From Nemertoderma westbladi (taxonomy: Eukaryota; Animalia; Xenacoelomorpha): a stretch of 64,000 nucleotides of DNA. Every line of letters begins with the position of its first letter. The first letter of the stretch is position 1. Both the position numbers and the translations under genes were made by a program. Below, one piece after another: positions 33,311-46,860 of the stretch. The DNA is taken from positions 1 through 64,000 of the forward strand of contig JAUCBJ010007091.1 of the NCBI GenBank assembly GCA_032718475.1, given 5' to 3'. Below the pieces are notes generated by a model, which had not been told where the DNA came from, searched no databases, and worked only from the letters and a program-made list of their open reading frames with translations.

Positions 33311-34543
33311 CTAGTCTTTCTTGCGCGGACGGCGTTTACGCAGTTTTTTAAAGCTGGCCAGAGTCCTTTTCTCTTTGGGGCGAGCCACCTTACAAGGAGG
33401 GCTATAACTCCTGGGTGAAGGGTGCAATATAATTGCATCAGAGGGTGTAGGATTATGGTCGGTGTATACGCCAGTCGAAGTGCCGGGTTGATTGACATCA
33501 ACGTCGGGGGAGAGGGGTCTAACGGCTTTGAGAGCGCGTTTTAAGACAGCCGCTCTTACGGGTCCTTTACGAGTGGTCTGAACGAGAGCCGTGGGTGGAC
33601 CATAGGCAGTTAGAAACCTCCGGGGTTTAATGGTTCTTTCCAACTCGCGTTCGCGGGCTCGGTATTCGTAAGGCCGTCGATATACTTCCTGTAACTCGGG
33701 GTGTGAGTTAACAAATAAGTCTCCATAGTCCGGATCCTGACGGATATAATTGATTAAGTTATAGGAATGAAGGTCGCTAGGATTAACACTCCTGAGAAAT
33801 TTGCGTACGAACTTGGTTGAAATACATTCTCCGACGCGCTTCAGTAGTTCGTAACTAGATATGCGTGATTTCTGTTCGACAGAAGCGAATAGATAAGGAT
33901 GGAACGCATAAACTCCTTCGTAAGCGCGTCCAGGATAATGGCGATGGCGCGAATCACAATGTAAATCAGCGTTCGCTTCCCAAGCTCTGATGTAACGTAG
34001 TGTGATCATTTCATCTACGCTTTCCAAATCGTGATTAAAAGGGCAATCGAAACTGGCGTGTCCCTTTAGTTGACAATGGTGACATTGAGTCATAAATTGA
34101 GGGCAAACCGCAAAAATGTACAAGTTATTGAGTCTGCAATACGCACAATAAATTTCCATCACCGGTTGTTCGTGGAAATAGGAACAGCGGACGCTTGTGT
34201 CCATGGGCGTAACATGGTCTCTCGATGCGCATAACCGACAACGTTGCCGAGAAACATAGTTGGCATGGCGATAATTGTACGCAGTGAGACACTGTGGACC
34301 TTGATACCATTCTAGGATGTAATCGTTGTCGCTGTTCCGGGAGCGATAGGCTGAATCTCCTCAGATTCTAGGCATATTGGTTCGTCTTCCCAGTCTGTTA
34401 CGAATATAATTTTCGTGATCTATTCTCGGTTTATCGTTACGACTCCGCTGGGTATGATATTTAAATAGAACCATTTCCCTTTCGGTGTCTACATCGTCCG
34501 TATCATGTAAATCGATAGGATGGCCGGTAGTTAGGAAGTCCAT
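33311..34543 (-). CDS. Accessory zinc-knuckle ORF of the LTR element, copy 2 (open over >297 aa; 5' part rearranged)
   Basis: CRLCASRDH, CAYC, CHHCQLKGHASFDC and basic tail KKLRKRRPRKKD; homolog of 1318-3598. Confidence 0.75.
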
Positions 34544-34552
34544 ATACGTACT

Positions 34553-37027
34553 ATTCCATTCTCTATTTCTTCATCGGAATCTTCATAGCATTGCAGGAGT
34601 CTCAGTATCTGCTTATTGGTTTCTTCATGCTCCTGGTAACTAATTTTCTCCTTGAGAAACCGGTCAGATGTCTTATATTTGGGTAAATTTTTAATAACAT
34701 GAACTTGTGCAGATGTCAATGGAGCGGTATCACTAGTGGTCTTCGTCCTGGAGTAGTGATGATGAAAACATCGCCTTAAATATGTGACGGCTTTACAGAG
34801 CCGATTCCAGGAACTGTAGTGATGCATTGCTCTCTGCAGCAGGGGTGAGATTCCTTGCGAGACGTCTGGTATTCCAGATTTCCAACCTCTATCTCTAATT
34901 TCCACAACAGACTTATTTGTGGCGAGGGATTGTGGATCCGAAGCATCATTCCCGGAAGTATGTAATACAGATAGATCGATCGTCGGTTTAAATAACTTCG
35001 ATTTACTCGCCCGGGTTTTAGGTTTGACTGTCTCCGCTCCCTTGGCTTGTCTAATCTCCGCCGTAGTAAGGTGAGGAGGCCATTCATCCTCTTCCTTGCT
35101 CAGGAAGTCGGGTCCACCCAACCAATCTGGAGTATCTATCAGTTCCTGTGGAGTTGCTCCCCTGGAGGCGATATCGGCTGGATTAATCGTACCAGGGCAA
35201 TGTCTCCATTGATCTATCTTTGTGCGACTAAGAATAATAGCTACCCTGTTAGTAACAAAAACGCTGAACTGACAGACTTCATTGGTTAGATACTCCAACA
35301 CGAGTAAAGCGTCGGTCCAATAAACCGTTTTCTCCAGTGGATAGTCGATTTGTTCTGTTACGTTCCGGCCGATGGCTGTAGCGTATAAAGCCGCCTTTAA
35401 CTCCGCTCGAGGAACCTTTAACTTGTTGTTAATCAATGCCTTAGAGGTAACCAAGGCGACTTTGATTCCATCCGGAGTTTCGACTCGCAGATATGCTACT
35501 ATACCTATTCCCATGTCGCTGGCGTCTCCAAACACATGGAGTTGATAGGAATACGTAGGAAGAACATGACCAAAATATGCACGGGAAATTATAAAGTTCT
35601 CGATGGCCGGTAGAGAATCTTCCCATTTCATCCATTTCTTCAACAGTTCTCCCTTACGCGGATCGTCCCATGAGTGGTTTTCAAGCCACATTTGTTGTAC
35701 TAAACTCCGAGCAATCAATATAACTGGGCTAATAAATCCCAATGGGTCGAAATAAGCGCTCAGGATACTTAAACAAATCCGTTTGGACCGAACTGGATTA
35801 TCTCGCACCTTGGTTCCACCTTGGTGTAGTGGTTGCATTGAATTCACATCTCCTGTAGGTCGTGGGTTCGATCCTCACATGGACCAGGGCAGTTTTCGTT
35901 TCGGCACGAATGCTTTAAAGGGACCAGCCAGGGCGCATCTCTGCCTTGCATCCTTAAGTGGTAGCTAAATGAGTACTAGAGTTTCCTCTGGGGAGTAAAG
36001 TTCTGGGGGGACCGCACTGGAAATAAGTCGTCAGACTTTGTGCGTAATCCCTGGCCTAGCGGCCGAAGAAAATTTACTTTTACTTTTACTTTTACTCGCT
36101 GTTTTAGCTGAAAAAACAGGATATCTCTTTCAGTGTCCCACTTCAAGCCAAGCGTCTTGGTTTCTGGAAGATCGTCCTTTATTAAATCTAGGTCTTTCGC
36201 TCCTCGGTCTTCTACCGGTATCGCTTCCAGAAACTCACGGGAGTTGCTGGTGAATTTCGTCAGTCGAAATCCACCTCTTTTCAAACACTCTACCATTCCT
36301 TTCGCGACATCTATGGCTTCTTCTACTGATGGAAGGGACCTTAAATTGTCGTCCATGTATATATTACGTTTGATGTTGTCTATCACCTCTTTGGAGAAGG
36401 CGTCTCGGTTGTCATTCGCAGTGGTTCGCACCACGGAGCAGGCGTTGGAAGGGCTTGATATGATCCCAAAAGCCTGGATGGTCATCCAGTACTCTACCGG
36501 TTTCTGGTTGAGGTCTCCTTCAGGCCACCACAGAAATCTCAGACTGTCTCTATCTCTATCCAGCGCCTTGGCTTGTAAGAACATTCCTTCTATATCGGAG
36601 GCGAACGCGATGGAATATTGTCTTAATCTCAAAAGTATTCCCAACAAAGATTGGAGTAAGTTGGGTCCTGGTAACAACTCGGAATTGAGGGATTGGCCCA
36701 TATATAGAGCAGAGCCATCGAATACGACTCGTACTTCGTGGGGTTTACCGGGTTTGGGAACGTAATGATGTGTTAAGTAATACGTTCTCTCAGTCACTGG
36801 TGTTCCTTCCGGTACTCGCTCCGCGTATCCCTTTGTTATAAATTTCTTCAACTGAGTTTGGTACATTTCTTTAGCTGAAACATTAGCCGTAAGGCGTCGA
36901 TGTAATTGAGCGATTCTTTTCTCTGCCAAGGGTCTGTTATTTATAAATCTAGGTTCTCGTTTTCGAAATGGTAGGCCGATTTCATATCTACCTTGGTCCT
37001 TTAAAAAACGTGTAGTTGTTTCCTGGA
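34553..37027 (-). mobile_element. BEL/Pao pol fragment (RT plus RNase H/Pao peptidase), SINE-interrupted, integrase deleted
   Basis: YYLTHHYV, RVVFDGS, LLPGPNL, DIEGMFLQ, YMDD, LGLKWD, FDPLG, LHVFGDAS, PRAEL, WTDA, WRHCPG..NPADIASRG. Confidence 0.95.
35812..36090 (+). mobile_element. Full-length tRNA-derived SINE inserted in BEL pol
   Basis: Box A TGGTGTAGTGG, box B GGTTCGATCC, (TTTTAC)n tail; separates the RT and RNase H ORFs. Confidence 0.8.
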
Positions 37028-37155
37028 TTTATATATATATATATATATATATATAATCAAAAAATTCATAAGCTACTCAACACAAATAAAATATAATATC
37101 TAAACTTTAATTAATTTAATATTTTCAGAATGAGCTCGAATGAATCAGTTGAGCT

Positions 37156-37189
<34 letters not shown>

Positions 37190-39564
37190 CAAGTTTCTAC
37201 TTATACCAACCAATCATAAATAACAGTTACATTGGAAACTAATATCATAAATAAAGTTGCTTTTACAACTGAATTCTTTATAATAAAATCAAGTCTAAAC
37301 CAAGATGTGTATAATGCGTTTTGAATTTTCATTGATAAAGTAGGTTTTACATGCAAATGTTTTATTATGGTGGTGTAAACTCATGCATTTACATGCGAAT
37401 GTTTTATTCCTAATCCCGTGCTCACATTAAATATAAACTATCACCAATATTTACTCAATAAAGTCACCTTTACATGCAAATACTTTATAATAATCACACT
37501 TTGTGATAAAAAGTTACCTTTACAAGTCAGTGTGAAACTGAAAAAGAAAAGTCTCTAGTTAATAATAAATCAATCTGATACTGTTTTTATATGTTCCTTA
37601 TTGTAATCTGCTACCTCTTCACTTGCTTTTGTAACTTTTATTTTCTTTGTAGATATAGAATCATTGTTGGGAATGGAAGATGTTTGAGATGTAGATCTGC
37701 GCTTTCTATCACTCGAGGTCTCTTCGATGTATGTGTTTGGATTAAATGTGGATGAAACTACTTCTGGAAATGACTTATTAACCTTAAACTTCCAAGTTGG
37801 TGGATATAGAATCACGAAACCGTCTGCTATATCAGTTGATGAAACCTTTAACATCATATCGTAGAGAAACTCTATATATGGTATGTCTTTATCGTAATGT
37901 AACTGTAAATATTTGCTTTCCTTGTCTGTAATAATTACTTTTTTTTCTTGTACATTTATTTTTACTTTAAGTCGGTCAGATAAAGCTTTATCGTCCATAT
38001 CTAGCTCTGAAAAGACACCTTCGTTACTAATTTCATAATTCCATTCATACCACAATGAATTTACTTCCGATGCTGTTAAGTTAAACCCATTATAATACCT
38101 AAGACCAATAGCATCAGAATATCTAGCTGAAATCTCCCATAGTCCCATATAAGTCGCTCCTTTATATTTGCTTACAAAACCAACAAAAGATGGGTTGGTT
38201 AAATTAACAACATAACACTGATTTATTATTTCGAGTGGTGGTGATAACAATTCTAATATTTCTGTCTTACTCTGAAGCAATAAATTAATGATTTGTTTAG
38301 AATTTGACATTTGCCTTGCTTCTGAATATATACGTTTTCAGTAATAACACAGGTGGAAATATTTAACTTTCCTCTTGTAAATTCTATATTAGGATAAATG
38401 AAACATGAAATAAAAAATGAAACTGGTGATTCCTTTTGTCGGTTGAATAATATTTCTAAGACGTCTAGAAGGTAGAGTGTATCCTGGTAAGAGAAGCACG
38501 TTGTTACATTGTTATCGCTTGAGAGTAATATAAAGTACTTGCCATAAACAATACTACAGGTATATTTATTAAATGTAAATTTCCAAGTATTGCTTGAAGT
38601 TTTTTTAAATAAATCCATAATTAGAATGAAAACTATTTTGAAAAATAAAAACTAAATAAATGATTATTAGATTGTAAAACTTCTGTTTATATGGTTGCTT
38701 TAATACAGCAGAGTGACTTACAGTGAGGAATATAGTAGATTTGTGTAACAGATGCAACGTGTACAGCTAAATTTATTACATTAGCGTGAGTTAGAGAGTG
38801 AAATAGCAGTAACGTGTAACAGATGCAACGTAATCAATGCTAGCCCTATCATTCTAACTTATATTCAAATTAGTTGATCGAACAGTTACATCGATAAAAT
38901 AAATCGATTATTATTAATAGTCGAATTAATGTATTCTACGCTATAGTAATTATGTTAAGGAACTAGAAGCTATTTATAATCATCTGCTACCAGTGATGAA
39001 GATGAAGAATTCAATGACTATGCTATAACTCAGATATTTATCGCCTTTTTCTCTCGAGGTTGGATGGAAGAGTGATTGGTGAGTTGTGAGGAGTTATATC
39101 AGTCCCGGGTTCGAACCCTGTTGAATATTTTGTTATCTGAAAAATTGCAAAATTAAATTTAGTTACTAGTGAAAAATAGCGATTTGAAAAATAATAGAAG
39201 TTACCTGATGCTAAGTGTAGACACCCGAACACCTGTAAAATAAAGGTTGGTGAAAAATTGCGATTTGAAAAATAATAGAAGTTACCTGATGCTAAGTGTA
39301 GACACCCGGACACCTGTAAAATAAAGGCTTATGATTGGATGCAGTACTAGCGTTAGGTGACTAATAACGCCTCTAGCGGAATAAGCGGGAACTTGAGAAG
39401 TTGCCATGGTTACGGATGAAATGCTGTCATCTGATTGGTTGAAATAATAACGACCACTGGTAAAGGTTGAAATGGTGGCTTCTGATTGGCTGCAGTACTA
39501 GAAATGGACGGTAATGATGGGCTATGGGTGACTCTGATGCCGTCTCCATGTAATATATACTACT
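37028..39564. mobile_element. Truncated second copy of the same Polinton (right end only)
   Basis: Near-identical to ~30052-32555. Ends exactly at the TIR terminus ACTACT but is flanked by GGCATG, not AGCAAC. Confidence 0.95.
37570..38618 (-). pseudogene. Frameshifted copy of the PC4-like ORF
   Basis: Two ORFs (38253-38618 and 37570-38310); 4-bp deletion at ~38290 relative to 31295. Confidence 0.9.
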
Positions 39565-40699
39565 GGCATGTCACAATTCTTATTATATTTAATAGGGCGT
39601 TACCCAGTAAGCAACCGAGGGTGGACTCTCTATAGCCGAGGGGCACTTGTATAATAACTAATAATCACGAACCCCGTCCTCTTGTAATATACACCTAACT
39701 CTGCAGTAGTCAGTAGTAGTAGTAATAGTAGTTAGTAGTAGTAGAATAAGAGTGAGAAAGAGAGAGAGAAAGAGAAATAGAGAGAGAGAGAGAGAGAGAG
39801 TGAGAGGAAGTAGAGTAGAATAAGATACGGATTCATAATTATTGTATCAAACTCATGTACTACTTACTTCAATGTGCCAATTGTAATAATAATTAAACAT
39901 TACTCTGATTACGCTGAGTTTGGCCCCATAAGATATTATACTGACGTATTTTATATTAATATATCCATGCGAGTAAACAAGAAGTGAAGTAAATGTTTAT
40001 TATTATAGTTTTAGAAATTGAGTGATATACCCAAGATAGTGAAATATATAATATACCAGAAATTGCAATTTGATCAGATGTATCAAAGCGGCGTCTTTAG
40101 TATAATACAAATCACTCTGTTATACAATGTAAATATACTAAATCTATTTATAAATATATTATGAGCCCTACATTGTATATTTCTCTACAGGTAGACAATG
40201 TAGTATGTTAAAACTTGATATAATTTGGTATAATGTATAACATACTACAAATAAGACTGAGGCAGCTAAACTATATTGCAAAGAAATCAAATATCCTAAA
40301 GTAATATACTAGACCATCCCTCCACCCTATAAATAGTGTTCACCACCTACCCCACCCACCACCCTTATTACTACATAATAATGAAAGATAGTACTGGCGC
40401 TCCGGTCACTCCATTCCCTCCGCTGGGGGGGTTAAGTACTAGGTTTTGACACTATGCAAAATCCGAGCACAGAGTTAGAAGCGCATTGGATAGGCGAACA
40501 TTTCTTGCAGTGAAAGTATTTCCATATCTGTTATAGTTTTCGAGATAGTCAGACATGAGTAGCAAAAATTTGAATTTTTTTCGGTAAAGTCTGATTTCAC
40601 CGGTACCTGTCATCCGAAATAAGGATTATGATATATCGTTAGATGCGGGTCCACTAACTGTACATTCACATTTTTTCAAGAAAAAAATTCGATCAAGGG

Positions 40700-41920
40700 T
40701 TTTTGAAATATTTTCGAATTACCGGAAGCAGACTTTGGACGACCATATCTCCGGTACCGGTAGGCCTATTGAGTCGAAATTTTTTTTAATCTACTTAGAA
40801 CACTCCAGTGAATGTTTTTTAGTTTGAAAGTTTTGCCCCAAAATGCTTAGAAGTAATTTCGAAAAAACTGATCATTTCGCGATCATGATCTTTTGACTCC
40901 CTAGAATTGTACTTTTTTATGGTCAAATTTTGGCTACCCCCCCTAATTCGAGGGTGAGGAATCTTTTTGTAATGTTAAGTTTTTTCATACGGTGAACTCA
41001 CAGGACTTGGTCTTCGAAATAAAACCGAAAACATGATCTTTCCTGATCATGGCCTGATCAAATCGCTTTTTGAAAATTTCGAAATGCCCAAAAGTTGCCG
41101 CTTCTTAATAGAAGTCGATTAATAAAAAAAAAATCGGGGGTCTCAAACAAAGTTTTCGAGAAAATCTGGAAAAACCGAAAAACACGATCTTTTATGATCA
41201 GGTATCAGATCTCGAGAACCGGTTGTCCGATCGAGCCAATTTTTTTTTAATCAACTCAGAATAGACCATTGAACATTTCTTACAATGAATGTTTATTAGA
41301 AAAATGCTTAGATTCGATTTTAAATATACTGATCTTTTCGCGATCATGATCTCGAGTTTTGACCCACTAGACTTGAACCTTTTTATGCCCAAATTTTGGC
41401 TACCCCCCATAATTCGAGGGTGAGGAATCTTTTTGTGATGTTAAGTTTTTCCATACGGTGAACTCCCAGGACTTGGTCTTCGAAATAAAACCAAAAACAC
41501 GATCTTTTCTGATCGCGGCCTGATCAAATCGCTTTTTGAAAATTTCGAAATGCTCAAAAGTTGCCCCTTCATCATAGAAGTCGATTTGTAAAAAAAAAAT
41601 CGGGGGTCTCAAACAAAGTTTTCGAGAAAATTTGAAAAAACCGAAAAATATGATCTTTAATGATCAGGTATCAGATCTCGAGAACCGGTTGTCCGATCGA
41701 GCCAATTTTTTTTTTAATCGACTCAGGGCGGTGTTCTGAACGTTCTGAACAGTAATTGTTTATATCCAAAATGCTTAGTTACGATTTTACGAAGTCTGAT
41801 CTTGGCGCGATCATGATCTTGCGTTTTGATCAGGAAGAATTCACTTTTTTTTAAATCTTTTAACGGGAATCATGACTAATGTGGGGTCGCTGATTCTTTT
41901 TGTAATGTTAAGTTTTTCGA
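40700..41920. repeat. Tandem ~466-bp units (about 2.5 copies), probably the interior of a non-autonomous DNA element
   Basis: GATCAGGTATCAGATCTCGAGAACCGGTTGTCCGATCGAGCC at ~41196 and ~41662; TAATTCGAGGGTGAGGAATC at ~40944 and ~41410. Confidence 0.85.
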
Positions 41921-42996
41921 TTGGAGCAAGCCTTGAGTGTCCGAATCCTGATCAAAACTGATCTTTGATGATCATGGTCAAGATCATGATCTGATCGCTC
42001 CAAAAAAAGTTTTTTTAATGTAAACCCTATGCTGCCTATCGATTGGCGCCGGTCCCAAGTCCGTAGCATTAGCGGTTCTGGAGATTCCTGCATAGCAACG
42101 AGGTTGCTAGGGAGGCTGACTTTTTGACTCAAATTGGCCCTAGCCGGAGAACCGTAGACTTTTGAAACGTAATGTATATGGGAAAAAGTCTTCTAGATAA
42201 ATTTTGGGGGGGGGGGGGTCTAGGAACATCCTATTGTTGGTTTTCGCTTAGTTGCTGAGATCTTGTGCTCCCTAAAATTCCGGTCCATCTATAAAGGCGT
42301 TGCAATGACTAGAACCGTGGCCGGGCACGGATACGAGTTCTCCGAACATGATAACCTGCGGTTGGGGCCCTGACCGTCTAGTTAGTCAGATAGTAGAACG
42401 TTAGTCTTGGCTTGGAAGTCGGAGCTGTCCTCCCAGGCATATAGGACATGCTAATTACCTGTACAAGTAACACCAAACCCGTCGGTCAACTACGTTGTAA
42501 AATTTTTAGGTCAATTATTTTATATTAGATAATTTGTTAATTTTGTTCGAAGATATAAAATATTAAATTTGTATTGTATTTATATTAGTGATAAATAATA
42601 CAATACATTTTAGTGATTATAAAAGTTAACCGTATTTACTAACCTAGCAACTTACACCATGTCCTGAAATAGTGTGTCGTAATTCCCACAAATTTTTCTA
42701 CAAATCGTAATGAGATTGAATGAAATTTGAAACAGAGATAGTTTCATCTCCTTCCTCCTTAGTGGCTGAGCCAGGACTTTTATTTTTGCTTTCATTCATT
42801 AGATATAAGCGTTTTTATGAGATAAACAAAATCTTCAAAAAAAATAAACGCGACTATTTATCAATTAGTATCTAGTTATTGAATAAAAAAGTTTAGAACG
42901 ATTCGATGTGCGATATTCGAAATATTAGCATATTATCAACATTATGGAACGCGAAATTAAATACCCACAACTACACTTTTACAGCTGAACAACATT

Positions 42997-44948
42997 CTTT
43001 AATACAGTGTCACATGGACTACAGTATGCATGCTCTTCTTGGTATGAAGGCTTAACCAAACAGCTTAAATGTAAATTACAAGTAGCTCAGAATAAAGTAG
43101 TACGATTTATTAAAGACTACAAACCTAGGCACCACCTAACTCCAGATGACTTTTCTGAATCTGGACTACTTAACTTAGATAGTAGAGTTAAGCAGCTACG
43201 CCTTAACCATGTGCATAAAGTGTATAATGGTAAATGTCCCAATTACCTAAAACAAAAATTCAACAGAGTACGCGATACACACACTCTTACAGTCCCAGAG
43301 CTAGTGCTTCAAACTTCTACCTCCCGAATTGTAAATCCTTCGAATCTGATCTTTCTTTTTTAACGGCATTAAAAATTGGAACGCTCTGCCTAATGAAATT
43401 AAAAACCTAAATAATCAACATTCTTTTAAATCTGCAGTTAAATCTCACCTCCGTGTGCAATGTAAAAATAGGTACAATAGTCCTACAGTAAGTTATTAGT
43501 TTATTAACTAGAGACGGGCCTAGCGGCCCGTGAAGCAAGTCGTAGGAGACAGTACGAATTAAGTAAAAGCTTTTTGTTCTGTCTGATAATCAATTAGTGT
43601 GAGGGTAGTCCCGGTGGTGTACGAAAAATTTTCTAGACAACTTCAAACTATAATTATTATGTTGTAATCATCTAAATGAATTATAAAAGCTGTTGTGATT
43701 ATAGAAGATAGAGAGCAGTTAGCGAAATGATTATTTTATTCTATCGGATAGAGTAGTCGGAGTCTCAGAGAGGAGTCGAGGTGTCAATTGATTAATAATA
43801 ACAATAACAGCAGTTGTCATGAATTCAATACAATCGCGCACAAGAAGTGAAAAGACAAATTCGTTCTTATTTTTGTAATAAATAAAACAAGTTGAGATGT
43901 TTCAATGTAAACCGCGATTAACAATTTACACTGTTCAATGTAAACCACGATATAATTATTATAACAGATTTTTATATTTCAAACTATAATGTTAGCCTTA
44001 TGGAGAATCATTATGAGGCTGAGTAAACATTCAGCCTTATAAGCATACACCCTCCACAGTATTAATGTTGGCACAAAGATTTCAAAATAAAACAATAATG
44101 CGATGAGAGCATAGTACAGTACAATACACTGTGCAGCCAACACACTGTTTAACTAACAGTAATTTAGCTTGCACGCCAATTAATTAACATAGCAAGGATG
44201 CATTGGGAAGAGTTATTCAGCTGAGACTGTAATAGCCAGCTAAACCAGTTAATGTTTTGTTTGATTATTGTCTGGGTTGTAGAGTAGAGTGATAAAAAAC
44301 TTGGCAGAGAAAGTACTTCTTTGTTAGTTGCCCTTCCTATTGAATGCATTACCAGGCCATCTCTATACATTTTTCATGAGTGCCAGCTGGTGTTTTAACA
44401 TTGCGCCTATGGCAATTTTCGTGTTTTGGGGCTATTTTTCGAAATAAAACAAGTTGAGATGTTTCAATTTAAACAGCGATTTCACAAATACCCTTAGAAA
44501 TCCATTTTCATGGTCCATGCAAAATTTCATCAAAATCGTTAGAGCCGTTTTTGCTCTAGGTCAGTAGTCAGTAGCTTTTTTTTCTTACAGTAATCAAGTC
44601 TAACGACTTGCTAATTATTTACTATTTATACTGTAATTACGTTTTATAATAAATTGTTCTGTACATTACATATTTATCGTTGAGTCGGACATTGTCTCGC
44701 TCTCGGTAAAGTTGTACATGTACGTACATAGTGTAATTACGTTTTATATTGGTTTTAGGTTAGCGTAGTGTAATATTGTATTTGTAACCAAGTAACATAA
44801 AGGACCCCCTTGGAAATAAGCTGCAAAGCTTTAGGGGTAATCCTATATGTTATGTTGGACAATACCTTTATACCGGTACATTGTTTGGTGTATTTATTAT
44901 TGTTTTTACATAATGTATAAATAAATCTATCTATAAATCGATCTATCA
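42997..44948 (+). mobile_element. CR1/L2-group LINE 3' fragment with 3' UTR, interrupted by family A
   Basis: YACSSWY, KLQVAQNKVVRFI, CPNYL; AATAAA and (TCTA)n-like tail at ~44920-44945. Confidence 0.6.
43508..44613 (-). mobile_element. Helentron-like family A, copy 2 (uninterrupted, ~1.1 kb)
   Basis: Hairpin ACGGGCC-TAGC-GGCCCGT next to CTAG; colinear with 5001-5175 plus 6172-7128. Confidence 0.75.
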
Positions 44949-45808
44949 TTTCACTACATTATTTATATTATTATTGTTCATCTCTATTCAGTCAGTTAGT
45001 TTATATATCGTATGTATCTACTGTCATCGTAATATTGTCATCGTCATAATACTGTCTGTCATCAACTGAGGGTAAGCTCAATTATAATGTAAAGGCTTAG
45101 TAGGTTTTGTATATCTAGGGCGTTTACAACAGCTGTCGATTAAACTAACAAAACCAGAAAACTGAACCAGGAACCAGTGTGCCAGCCGGGTACCAACGGG
45201 TGTTGGGTAGACTTTGGAAGATTTCACAAACTTTCATAGGAGGCTTGTACAAGTACATGTACATTATATTGGTTGCTCCGATGTTTTTATTAGGCTAACT
45301 GAGAATGTATTAGGTATAAATAATTCGAGTTCTTTATTTTATTTATCTAATACAGTAAGATCCCTTCGCAGAATAAACTGCTCTTTTGGGCCGTTTCTCA
45401 GGTTGCGGATATGGATACCATTTCACACATCATCGTAGTAATTGTGATTATGATTTGTTTGCCTAGGCGAATGTGTATTACATTAAATGGGAGGCAGTTT
45501 TTTGGTTGATGCAAGGCATTCATGGTTTGCATCTTCCAATCCCATCTGTTTCATGGAGTCTGTATAAGACAGGTTCGTTTAAAGCCATCTTGATGGCGTT
45601 CTAGTTTAATAGAATAAAAATGTGCTGCAGCGGAAGTAATTACATGCCACTTTCGAATGCCCCTATCTCAGCTATTTCCCAACCAAATTCAAATATATTT
45701 ACATATTTGAAATCCTTGCAGGGCCAGCTTTCTATCGCGCAATAAGTTCGAAGAGTAATTATAGTAGGACTGGTGCAATATCGACGGAGACATTTTTTAA
45801 ACGCTTAT

Positions 45809-46860
45809 ACTACTACTAGGTCGAACGAACTCGGACAGTGGAAATGAGATCCTTCCAGGCTTCCCGATTCTCCAAAGTTGTCGCAATTTTGTTTCTCGCA
45901 AGTTCAGTATCCCTTTCAAGCGGGTCTATATATGTTATCGGTCTTACGTTATCGGTCGTCCACGGCTACGCTTTCCATGAGTTGGTTGCCAGAAAAGTAG
46001 ATCTGGTATGACCTCGTCTTTACTTCGCCAGCAGTGCCCACTGAATCTTAATCTGCGTTCACGGATGGTGGTTGATACAGGTGGTATTGTACCACAAATC
46101 TCGGCGTGATGTCTCCAGCTGATGTTTAGGGTTGCCCTTAGTAGTCTTGTGTAGCAACCATCAAATCGTTGTTCAAGTGATTTAGTCAGTGTCCAGGTCT
46201 CACCCCCGTATATAAGTACACTTTCTACTGTTGCTCGAAAGAACTTAGTCTTCAGGTGCCTGGAGAGATCTGATTTCCAGATGGTATCCATTTTTGATAG
46301 AGCTACCCAAGCCTTTGCTTTCCTAACTTCTATGTCCTTTTTGCTACTCTCTATCCATGATCCAAGGTACTGGAAGTCGTCAACCTTCCTTAGTTGATTA
46401 ATATCTATTGTTTTCAAGTTTCCATCAACATTAAAAGTCATGAATTCGGTCTTGGTAGCATTTATATGCAATCCAACCTCCTTAGCAGTCCTCTCCACTT
46501 TATTCAGTAGAAACTGTGCATCTGCTGGCATATTAGAGAATAGGGCGATGTCATCCGCAACGTCGTCGGTGTCTGTGACTGTAGTTGCCGGATATCTACT
46601 ACATCTGCGTTCTTGAAGTGTGAATCCCAGATCTTCACCCTTTGTGGCCGTCCTCATTGCGAAATCCAGCACAATTACAAATAGTAATGGTGCTAATGTC
46701 TCACCTTGCAGTACGCCAGCCAGGATTGAGAAAAACTCAGTTTCACTATCTGGTGAGAGTACCTGTGCTTCTGTGTCACAATATAACAATCCAATGCCAG
46801 CAACAATTACTTCTGGTAATCCGAAATTTCTTAGGATTTCCAGTATTTTACCTCTATGGA
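45809..46860 (-). mobile_element. RTE-clade LINE, 5'-truncated (second family)
   Basis: GVLQGETLAPLLF, ADDIAL, GLHINATKTE, DFQYLGSWI, RRLRFSGHCWR, (TAG)n tail. Confidence 0.92.

Larger units (their letters stand above)
42895..45604 (+). mobile_element. Helentron-like family B, copy 2, split by a LINE and family A
   Basis: 44965-45604 and 42895-42972 match the reverse complement of 5176-~5810 and ~5900-5980; ends with hairpin plus CTAG. Confidence 0.6.

Noticed and set aside
39569-40380. Possible solo LTR starting TGTCACAA after the second Polinton end
   Set aside because: No partner LTR, TSD or convincing PBS could be identified
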